NCBI GenBank assembly: GCA_025928155.1
Contig: JAICKC010000003.1
Coordinates: 9,069-73,068, forward strand
Source: Candidatus Saccharimonadota bacterium
Lineage (GTDB): Bacteria; Patescibacteriota; Saccharimonadia; Saccharimonadales; UBA4665
Direction of reading: 5' to 3'
DNA: 64,000 nucleotides
This document shows, piece by piece, positions 20,631-27,979 of the stretch. The notes under the pieces were generated by a model. That model was not told the origin of the DNA, did no database searches, and saw only the letters and a program-made list of their open reading frames with translations. A program made the position numbers and the translations under genes. The first letter of the stretch is position 1, and each line of letters starts with the position of its first letter.

Positions 20631-21623
20631 GTGCGACGCGTACTTCACGGAAGCCAGCTGGCGCTGGGATCGGTGATCGCAGTCCTTGCTGCACTCACCA
20701 TCATCCCTACGCCCGCTCTCGCGGCACCGCAGCACAGCATCAACGGCCAACCTTGTCTGGTCGACAGTCCACCAGCGGGCTCGGCCATGCCCACCCCCTT
20801 CCTCAAGCTGCCGTTCCGGCAACGCGACGGAATAGGGTCAACGTATGACAGCCAGGGGTGGATTACCTCCCCTGACGAGCTCGCCATCGACGACGAGGTC
20901 AACGGCGACCTGCATGGCGCCAACGACCTGGAGTTCGTTAACAAGCCGGACTACGGTTACGGGCTCCCCATTCTCGCCGCCGCCAGCGGTCGGGCGTACT
21001 ACAGCTATCAGTACATCAGCGGGACTTGGACTGACCCGGTAACGGGTATCACCCACCAAGTCGGCATGGGTGCAGGCCTCGTTGTGGAAATTCGGCACGC
21101 CAAGGATCAGGCGGGTAACCCAGGCTGGGTTACCCAGTACATTCACCTGTCCAAGGTGGCACCGGGAATCCCGTATCTGCAGGCAACGGCTGTAGATGAC
21201 CCGAACGACCCCATTCACCCTGACTGGTTCCCCACGGGGCTCATCCAGGACGACGACACGCTCTGGAATCTCGGCGTACCGGTCACCCAGGGCCAAGTCA
21301 TCGGTTACATGGGCGATACCGGTATTGGGTATGACTGGAAGGATAACTTCAACCCAGTGACCGGCCAGGTCGCACCGCGCAATCGTGCCGTACTCAAGCC
21401 GTGGGATCCCCCACAGCTGCACTTCCAGCTATACCGGGGCCGGGTTAATGGTGTCAAGCAAGACATCGTTGACCCCTTCGGGCTCTATGCCCAAGTGTGT
21501 CCAGGTGAGTGGAAGCCACTGCGGCCGACCACCAACCCCTACACACCACTACCGGGTATGGTCCGCGCAGCACCGGTTACCGCGTGGATTACCCACGCTG
21601 GCCGACCGGTCTACGCCGGCTAG
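20631..21623 (+). CDS. Secreted M23-family metallopeptidase
   Basis: Signal peptide ending ALA|AP; HGAND (HxxxD), YIHLS, VTQGQVIGYMGDTG, QLHF; about 60% GC. Confidence 0.8.
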   Translation: MRRVLHGSQLALGSVIAVLAALTIIPTPALAAPQHSINGQPCLVDSPPAGSAMPTPFLKLPFRQRDGIGSTYDSQGWITSPDELAIDDEVNGDLHGANDLEFVNKPDYGYGLPILAAASGRAYYSYQYISGTWTDPVTGITHQVGMGAGLVVEIRHAKDQAGNPGWVTQYIHLSKVAPGIPYLQATAVDDPNDPIHPDWFPTGLIQDDDTLWNLGVPVTQGQVIGYMGDTGIGYDWKDNFNPVTGQVAPRNRAVLKPWDPPQLHFQLYRGRVNGVKQDIVDPFGLYAQVCPGEWKPLRPTTNPYTPLPGMVRAAPVTAWITHAGRPVYAG

Positions 21624-21638
21624 CATTTCTGTGACGGG

Positions 21639-21670
21639 CGGTCGGAGCCTGTGCCTAAAGGCTCCGACCG
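21639..21670 (+). terminator. GC-rich hairpin after the M23 gene, no U-tract
   Basis: CGGTCGGAGCCT-N8-AGGCTCCGACCG, 12-bp perfect stem. Confidence 0.7.
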
Positions 21671-21710
21671 ACTCATCTTAAGGTTCTCAAGTACGTATTA
21701 GTCCTAGGAA

Positions 21711-22283
21711 CTACAGAGAGACTTTTACGCCTGCTTTTATCAGTTCACCTTTGAGCTGCTTGGCAGACAAGAATCGAATGCTCGCAATGCCTATCTTTTC
21801 GGCTGCCGCAACATGTCCTGGATTGTCATCAATAAAAATCGCTTCAGATGCAGACACTCCCAACTTTGACAGCGTATGCTCAAATATTTCTGCACTCGGT
21901 TTTACCATACCCACCTCGCTTGAGATCACTATCTCGTGGAAGTGTCGCTCCAGATCATGCGCCACAAGTAGTTTGCGGATAAACGCTGAGGGGGCATTAG
22001 ACAACAGGGCAATGCGATATCCAGACTTAAGGCTATCGGCAACGGTTACGACTTCCTCATCAACCCGAGCAGTCGCATCGAGTTCTTCACTTGTCACCTT
22101 TCGCCCCTGGAGTTCGCTCAGCCGCTCCAAGAATTGTTCGACCGTTATATTACCCAAATCCATCTGGCGATTTGCCTCAAAGTAGGCTCCTTCATGCGGG
22201 ATGCCGTTGGTCCGCAGCCAAGCTTTGTACGAGTCAGTACGGAAAACGTCAAAGAAGTCAAAGATTATTGCCTTAATCATCAC
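21711..22283 (-). CDS. HAD family phosphatase
   Basis: IIFDFFDV, LSNA, KPSAEIF, FIDD. Confidence 0.88.
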   Translation of the reverse strand: MMIKAIIFDFFDVFRTDSYKAWLRTNGIPHEGAYFEANRQMDLGNITVEQFLERLSELQGRKVTSEELDATARVDEEVVTVADSLKSGYRIALLSNAPSAFIRKLLVAHDLERHFHEIVISSEVGMVKPSAEIFEHTLSKLGVSASEAIFIDDNPGHVAAAEKIGIASIRFLSAKQLKGELIKAGVKVSL

Positions 22284-22299
22284 CTAAACTATAGCAAAG

Positions 22300-22343
22300 A
22301 AAAACTCCCCATCCTGAGGGGTTTAAATATAAGCTTCTTGGAG
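22300..22343 (-). repeat. Most degenerate tRNA-Lys 3'-end + terminator copy (copy E)
   Basis: CTCCAAG, TTATA, hairpin and U-tract, then TGCTATAGT promoter of the HAD gene. Confidence 0.35.
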
Positions 22344-22554
22344 TGGTGCCGCTGAAGTCAGTTGCGTGAGCATCTGCTACATCTCCTTTGCGGGTAGCGC
22401 GTTACCGCTCCTCAGGACATAGCTCCATGTGCCCTCTCTGACTATTTACAGGTGTCGAGGGGGTGACTGCGAGCTAAGCGGTATTGCGTTCTAGTCGTAC
22501 GGGTAGCGCTGAGTAATTGATACCGTCATTACTCAGACTATATCAAATAGACAT

Positions 22555-22599
22555 TCCCTAGCACGAGGAGTCGTTATATAAGCACGCATGGAGGGCCCA
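22555..22599 (-). repeat. tRNA-Lys 3'-end copy D
   Basis: TGGGCCCTCCA (22589-22599) identical to the last 11 nt of tRNA-Lys, followed by a decayed terminator. Confidence 0.6.
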
Positions 22600-22649
22600 A
22601 TACTACTCTGCTGCAACCGCTCTACAAAGAAATGAATTCGAACTTAGTG

Positions 22650-22683
22650 AGTTAAGCCCCGGCGTATAATCCGGGGCTTAACT
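22650..22683 (-). terminator. hsp20 terminator hairpin
   Basis: 13-bp perfect inverted repeat AGTTAAGCCCCGG / CCGGGGCTTAACT. Confidence 0.75.
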
Positions 22684-22688
22684 GTCGC

Positions 22689-23156
22689 TTAGCTTTTAGC
22701 GGCTAGCTCTTTACTGTTGCCGGATGAGATAGAAATTCGTTTCGCTTCCGGCCGCTCAACCGGAACTTTAATTTTCAAAATACCTTTATCAAGCTCAGCC
22801 TCAATGTTATCGGCATTAGCGCCTTCCGGCAAAACTACGCGACGGGCGAAGCTTGCACGGCTTTCCCGCATCAGGTAGTTGCGCTTCTTGTCGTCGTCCT
22901 TTTGCTTACTTGCTGTTTCACCTTTGATTTCGAGTACCCCGTTTCGGACATTGATTTCAATATCGTCTTCACTAAAGCCGGGCGCCTGCATTTCAACAAC
23001 CATGTGCTTGTCATCTTCACTATAGATATCCACCGATGGCATACTGAAGCCAGTTGGCAGGCCTGTACTTTTCCAAAAGTCATCCAGCAGACGATCAAAT
23101 TCTTCAAAAGTTGATAGTCCGAGAGAAGAGCTTGGACGACGAATGATATCCATCAT
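22689..23156 (-). CDS. Hsp20/alpha-crystallin small heat shock protein
   Basis: PSVDIY, PGFSEDDIEI, FARRVVLP, AELDKGILKI; CIRCE upstream. Confidence 0.93.
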   Translation of the reverse strand: MMDIIRRPSSSLGLSTFEEFDRLLDDFWKSTGLPTGFSMPSVDIYSEDDKHMVVEMQAPGFSEDDIEINVRNGVLEIKGETASKQKDDDKKRNYLMRESRASFARRVVLPEGANADNIEAELDKGILKIKVPVERPEAKRISISSGNSKELAAKS

Positions 23157-23322
23157 ATAAACTCCCTTCTTGCCTCACCGTAGCATTGCTTCAAGGGGTG
23201 ATACGCCTAGAGGAGTTGGCATTAATGTATCTCTCAACCCCAGAAGCTACCTTACGGAGTATAGACATGCATTTAAGTTAATCATCTTGGTAAGTTACCT
23301 TACCTTACTTCAGTTTAGAAAA

Positions 23323-23349
23323 CTAGCACTCTCATGTCAAGAGTGCTAG
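23323..23349. promoter_or_regulatory. CIRCE operator overlapping the hsp20 promoter
   Basis: CTAGCACTC-N9-GAGTGCTAG; minus-strand TTGACA-N17-TAAACT overlaps it. Confidence 0.9.
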
Positions 23350-23443
23350 TTAGTGCAACCGACTGTCATCTGCAATAACAGATTGATAGATGTGGTGCTG
23401 ATTGGTGAACTTCCACTGAAGTCCGGGAATCTTCGGTGCTAGA

Positions 23444-23944
23444 TTAGTATGTAGAAGGAATGCCTGCCAAGAGCTTTTCGATCATCGGTACTGCAGCCTC
23501 CAGGTAGCTGGTCATCTTCATGTTTGGAGCGTCTATCCGCAATCTTTCTAAGGAATAACTTTCTGCTTTTTCAATTGCAGCCTCTTCAAGTTTATACGGA
23601 CCTTCACTCCTGCCGATGAAGACCGTAACGATCTCTTTGTCTGCCTCGGAGGTAAACTTACCAATCTCCCGAAGTGAAGTCTTTATGCCTAATTCCTCTT
23701 CAGTCTCACGAATTGCAGCTTCAAGATATGACTCGCCAGCTTGAACGTGTCCAGCGGCCGAGCCTGACCAATACAGGGGATAGGTTTTCTTGGTAGACTT
23801 ACGTTGCTGTAGGTAGAGTTCGCTTTTTGAGTTGACGAGAATGACAAATGAAACCCTGCTAAGCAGACTTTTTTGTCTGACTTCGTCTTTTGGTGCAGAG
23901 CCAATTACCGTATCGTTTGCGTCTACAATATCAACGATTTCCAT
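23444..23944 (-). CDS. NUDIX hydrolase (Idi/YfcD-like)
   Basis: VDIVDAND, LQQRK..K..YP..W, GHVQAGESYLEAAIRETEEELG. Confidence 0.88.
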   Translation of the reverse strand: MEIVDIVDANDTVIGSAPKDEVRQKSLLSRVSFVILVNSKSELYLQQRKSTKKTYPLYWSGSAAGHVQAGESYLEAAIRETEEELGIKTSLREIGKFTSEADKEIVTVFIGRSEGPYKLEEAAIEKAESYSLERLRIDAPNMKMTSYLEAAVPMIEKLLAGIPSTY

Positions 23945-23964
23945 GTCGGAAGTATACCAAACGA

Positions 23965-24014
23965 GGAGACCCCTCTGCCGAGCAGTCTTTCATAGTGCTT
24001 ATGCTTGGAGGGCC
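23965..24014 (-). repeat. tRNA-Lys 3'-end copy C
   Basis: 23 bp (23992-24014) identical to 25858-25880, plus a decayed copy of the tRNA terminator. Confidence 0.85.
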
Positions 24015-24048
24015 GCCGTAGATGTTATCGCAACTCATATTGAGCTTG

Positions 24049-24627
24049 TTAGTGTAGTTTCTCGCCTCGATTTAACATATCGATAAATTTCTCGATTTTT
24101 GCCTTTCTGGTTTCCGGCTTTTTAGCGGTTTGTATACGCCAAGAAAACCCGTAAACGTTTGCTTTATTGAGTGTTTCAAAAAATTGTTTAGCTTTTGGAT
24201 TTTTATCCAGTGCAGCCTGAAAATCCTCTGGAACCTGACTATTACTCGGCGAATCATATGCTGCGTCCCATCTGCCAACTTGCTTTGCTGCATCGATTGC
24301 CACACGTCCAGCCGGTTGCATCTTGCCGGAATGAATAAGTGTTTCTACCTTGGCTACGTTGACTTTTGACCAAATGCTTTTTGGGCCCCTAGGGGTAAAC
24401 TTCTGCAGGTAGTAGTCTTTATCGTATGCTTGCTTTTGGCTATCGATCCAGCCGTAGCACAAAGCTTCTTCCAGTGCTTCGTTGTAGCTAACTGACGTTT
24501 TGTCGGATGACTTTTTTGCGTGCTTAAGCCATAAGCCCTGTGGCTGGGTATGGTTCTCTTCAAGCCAAACCCTCCAGTCTTCTTGACTTACGAATAAGCG
24601 AACGGGCAGGTCTTTAAACATTTCCAT
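24049..24627 (-). CDS. YdeI/OmpD-associated family protein
   Basis: WLEENH, EALCYGWIDS, FTPR, WSKVN, AKKPETR; start at the ATG at 24627. Confidence 0.88.
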   Translation of the reverse strand: MEMFKDLPVRLFVSQEDWRVWLEENHTQPQGLWLKHAKKSSDKTSVSYNEALEEALCYGWIDSQKQAYDKDYYLQKFTPRGPKSIWSKVNVAKVETLIHSGKMQPAGRVAIDAAKQVGRWDAAYDSPSNSQVPEDFQAALDKNPKAKQFFETLNKANVYGFSWRIQTAKKPETRKAKIEKFIDMLNRGEKLH

Positions 24628-24641
24628 AGTCAAAGGATAGC

Positions 24642-24703
24642 AATAAAAAACTCCTCGAAACAGAGGAGCTTTATAGTGCGTATTTGGAGGGCCATAGTGG
24701 AAC
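24642..24703 (-). repeat. tRNA-Lys 3'-end copy B with terminator
   Basis: AGTTCCACTATGGCCCTCCA versus tRNA AGTCCCACTGGGCCCTCCA, then GCACTATAAAG, a CTCCTC/GAGGAG hairpin and U-tract. Confidence 0.8.
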
Positions 24704-24768
24704 TTATCAGGACGAAACTCATGAGGGATGGCGAAATAAGCATTGCAAAAATGTGACATAATATATTT

Positions 24769-25830
24769 ATGGAATCGTCAAATTATGATAAACCTTTGCC
24801 ATCGATTCGTGTTGCCGTAACAGAAACATGTAATCTTCGATGTGATTATTGCCCGACTGATGGTGATAGTGTCGAGATGCAGAACGGTAGTCTTGATACT
24901 GACGGTTTTGAAGACATGCTTACAGCAGCAATTGACGTTGGTTTTACTGATTTTAGTTTCACTGGCGGAGAGCCGTTGTTAAGCAGAAGGACGGCAGACC
25001 GTACTTTTCAATTGGCGCGTTTGGTCAATGATCTGCGTGCTGAAAAAGGCAGTGATGGCTATACCAAGTTGAATACCAACGGAGCCAATCTTCTCAGATA
25101 CCAAGATGGCGTAGTGAGTGCTGGATTTGATGAGCTAAAAGTTAGCCTTGATACATTAAATCCTGCGACATTCGAAGAGCTTGCCAAGCGTAACGAGAAA
25201 GTTTTCGATGCTACCCTACAAGGAATACTTGCTGTTAAAGATGAAGTGCCCGTTCGCTTACAGACGGTTGTCGGTAAATACAATATAGACGAGCTTCCTC
25301 AAATGTTGGATTTTTGTATCGCACATGGATTAGATATCAAGCTATTTGATATAAGCAGATATAATAATGCACTCGCTGGCTCAGGAAATTTTGCAGACAC
25401 GAACTATGTATCTTTGGATGCGGTTAGTCAAATGTTGGAAGAACAATACGGTGAACCAATAATAAAATTTGCTGTTGGTGGATACGGTCATGCAAAGAAA
25501 GTGTTTACTAGCCCAGAAGGAACTCGCATTGAAATCCGAGACACTTCTAAGAGCGCCCAATATTCTCCTGATTTATGTGAAAGCTGCCCGAATTACATGT
25601 GCCAAGACGGGCTATGTAATTTAGTTATCGCAGCCGATGGGCATATAAGATTTTGTCGAGAGGGTGGAGCCGAGCAAACAATCCCTACTCAAAACGAGCA
25701 TGGTATTAAGTCACTCGATGAACTCAGAAGCGATTTTATGAAAGCGGCTGGCATATTTGCCTTGGCACAGAGTATTGAGCGACCAATCAAGCCACTTCGT
25801 CGATTAATACCACTTACGGTCATCAAATAA
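24769..25830 (+). CDS. Radical SAM protein (MoaA-like)
   Basis: CNLRCDYC, FTGGEPL, NTNG, VSLDTL, C-terminal Cys-rich region; about 40% GC. Confidence 0.85.
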   Translation: MESSNYDKPLPSIRVAVTETCNLRCDYCPTDGDSVEMQNGSLDTDGFEDMLTAAIDVGFTDFSFTGGEPLLSRRTADRTFQLARLVNDLRAEKGSDGYTKLNTNGANLLRYQDGVVSAGFDELKVSLDTLNPATFEELAKRNEKVFDATLQGILAVKDEVPVRLQTVVGKYNIDELPQMLDFCIAHGLDIKLFDISRYNNALAGSGNFADTNYVSLDAVSQMLEEQYGEPIIKFAVGGYGHAKKVFTSPEGTRIEIRDTSKSAQYSPDLCESCPNYMCQDGLCNLVIAADGHIRFCREGGAEQTIPTQNEHGIKSLDELRSDFMKAAGIFALAQSIERPIKPLRRLIPLTVIK

Positions 25831-25860
25831 AAAGACGTCTCGGCTGAGAAGTCTTTTATA
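25826..25860 (-). terminator. tRNA-Lys terminator, also convergent with the radical SAM gene
   Basis: AAAAGAC.TCTC...GAGA.GTCTTTT hairpin with T-tracts. Confidence 0.75.
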
Positions 25861-25871
25861 GTGCTTATGCT

Positions 25872-25948
25872 TGGAGGGCCCAGTGGGACTCGAACCCACG
25901 ACACGCGGCTTAAAAGGCCGCTGCTCTAACCAACTGAGCTATGGGCCC
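25872..25948 (-). tRNA. tRNA-Lys(UUU)
   Basis: GGGCCCA acceptor, TAGCTCAGTTGG D-arm, GCGGC-CTTTTAA-GCCGC anticodon arm, GTTCGAGTC, encoded CCA. Confidence 0.97.
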
Positions 25949-26038
25949 GCGCTACGGTTGCGGGCAAAATAACTTCTTATATTATCGATATTTTCGGGGA
26001 AAAGTCAATCTGTAGACCCCTGTGCTACTATGGTAGCT

Positions 26039-26500
26039 ATGGTCACCAACACTACACTCTTCCAATATTGTCAGAAGCTCGTAATTCTCTCAAGCGATAA
26101 GCAAAAGGTATTGCTTGCGAAACGCAAAGGCGAGGCGGACTATGATGGCACGTTCTCGTTCATCGGCGGCAAGATGGAAACCACTGATGAAAGCCTATTG
26201 GCCGGCATGAGGCGTGAAAAGGACGAAGAAATTGGTCCAGATGCCAAAGTGCAAATACTGCCCACCGAGAGCTATAACTTACTCTTCAGAAAAAAGGACG
26301 GCAACGTGATGGTGCTGCCGCACATTGCGGGCACTTACGTCTCCGGCGACATACACTTGAGCGACGAGTATAGCGAATATCGGTGGGTTCCGCTCACCGA
26401 TCTCGCCACCTTCGAGCCCAAGATTGATAACATCCCGCTACTTGCCGAGTGGGCAGCACGCAAGCTTACCGAGCCCGGCATAGCACTTACGGAAATTTAG
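26039..26500 (+). CDS. NUDIX hydrolase
   Basis: GGKMETTDESLLAGMRREKDEEIG, LSDEYSEYRW; start 26039 or 26030. Confidence 0.85.
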   Translation: MVTNTTLFQYCQKLVILSSDKQKVLLAKRKGEADYDGTFSFIGGKMETTDESLLAGMRREKDEEIGPDAKVQILPTESYNLLFRKKDGNVMVLPHIAGTYVSGDIHLSDEYSEYRWVPLTDLATFEPKIDNIPLLAEWAARKLTEPGIALTEI

Positions 26501-26514
26501 GGCTAAAGTCCGGA

Positions 26515-27024
26515 TTAGTGCTTGCTGTGCTTTTTCTTGCCCTCTTCTTCACCACCTTTGTGTTTGCGGTGAGTAAAGAGCAAAAACACCAAGCTAAACA
26601 CGGCACCCGCCAAAATTACCCCAGTTTGTGCATTGCTCAGCTGATGCCACGCACTTTGCTGATGCACCTGTCGCTGCACGCTCGATGGCAGCAGTGGCAC
26701 CACCAGTAACGCGCAAAGTAACCCTGTGGCCAATGCAGGCAGGACATTGGTGAGGTTTTTGAGTCCTTTTACATGCCCGCGCGTAAATAAAATGGTCAGC
26801 AAAAAGGGTGCGACTAAAAGCGCCAGCTGCACCCATTGATTAGTTGCCAGTGCGTCTTTGTTAACGAAACTCGTAAATACCGTATCGACATCGCTCGACG
26901 TGTACGTCACCAGCACACTGCCCAGACATAAGCTCATAAAGGCTATCGCGCCGTTTACGCGCAGCAGCAAAATAGCTAGGACCGGCACCAGTGCCAGCGC
27001 ACCGAGTATGACCAGTGGTGTCAT
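26515..27024 (-). CDS. Hypothetical membrane protein
   Basis: About 5 TMs, basic tail, TAGAAT 6 nt upstream of the ATG. Confidence 0.7.
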   Translation of the reverse strand: MTPLVILGALALVPVLAILLLRVNGAIAFMSLCLGSVLVTYTSSDVDTVFTSFVNKDALATNQWVQLALLVAPFLLTILFTRGHVKGLKNLTNVLPALATGLLCALLVVPLLPSSVQRQVHQQSAWHQLSNAQTGVILAGAVFSLVFLLFTHRKHKGGEEEGKKKHSKH

Positions 27025-27064
27025 ACCCTGATTCTACCATAAGGGCGATGACGTCCGACGCCTA

Positions 27065-27970
27065 TTATGCGCCGACTCTGTCTTTGCGTGGACGGGCTTT
27101 GGCGTTATGTTCGACGTACTCAATAATCTTCGTCGCTACATCACGACCAGTTACCAGCTCAGGGGTCTTGATACTGGCACTACTATTCACTTCAAGCACC
27201 TTCGGACCATCTTTGGAGCGCATCATGTCCACGCCGCAAATCGGCAGATTCATGGCTTTGGCTGCGCGTACTGCCGTCTTTTCTTCATCGGATGTTAGCT
27301 TAATGGCCGTACCGACACCACCCTGGTGCGTGTTGCTACGAAAATCGTCGTCCAGGCTCTGTCGCTGTATACTTGCCACCACGCGGCCGCCAACGATCAG
27401 GGCACGGATATCGGTGCCGACACTCTCGGCCACAAATTCCTGGACGATGAAGTTCACGCCCTCGACGTAAAATGCCTGCATCACGGCTTTGGCCGCCTTT
27501 TTGGTTTCGGCGAGCACGACGCCGTTGCCGTGTGTGCCGCGAGCAACTTTGATGATCACCGGAGCACCGCCAGCCAGGTCCACTACTTCTTCCAAGTTGG
27601 CGGTTTCACGCGCAAACACCGTCTTTGGGATGCCGACATCCTGGCGGGCCAGAATCTGGTACGAACGCAGCTTGTCACGCGAACGGTTAATGGCAATAGA
27701 GCTTGCCGTCGTATACGAACCCTGCATTTCAAACTGGCGCACTACAGCCGTACCGTACTTGGTGTAGCTCTGGGCGATACGCGGAATTATCGCGTCGAAC
27801 TTTGGTAGCACATTGCCCTTGTAGTACACGACCGGCTTACCTTTCTCCATTGTCATATAGCACTTGGCGTAGTTTATAACTTCCACATCGTGCCCGCGCA
27901 CTTCGGCAATCTCTTTGAGCCGCTTGGTCGTATAGTTCAGAGAGCCTTTCGATAAAATTGCAATCTTCAT
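27065..27970 (-). CDS. rimK: RimK family alpha-L-glutamate ligase
   Basis: MKIAILS, DAIIPRI, SRDKLRS, DIRALIVGG, FRSNTHQGG, GVD, LEVN. Confidence 0.92.
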   Translation of the reverse strand: MKIAILSKGSLNYTTKRLKEIAEVRGHDVEVINYAKCYMTMEKGKPVVYYKGNVLPKFDAIIPRIAQSYTKYGTAVVRQFEMQGSYTTASSIAINRSRDKLRSYQILARQDVGIPKTVFARETANLEEVVDLAGGAPVIIKVARGTHGNGVVLAETKKAAKAVMQAFYVEGVNFIVQEFVAESVGTDIRALIVGGRVVASIQRQSLDDDFRSNTHQGGVGTAIKLTSDEEKTAVRAAKAMNLPICGVDMMRSKDGPKVLEVNSSASIKTPELVTGRDVATKIIEYVEHNAKARPRKDRVGA

Positions 27971-27979
27971 ATTACTTTC

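Noticed and set aside
23368..23400. CAGCACCA plus hairpin on the minus strand as another att copy between NUDIX and hsp20
   Set aside because: Matches tRNA-Lys only at CCA; too short to support
24700..24726. CTGATAAG and GACGAAAC resembling hammerhead core pieces
   Set aside because: The two motifs are on opposite strands
22300..25948. Repeats as a CRISPR array
   Set aside because: Spacing is 0.25-1.4 kb with whole genes between, repeats derive from a tRNA, and there are no cas genes
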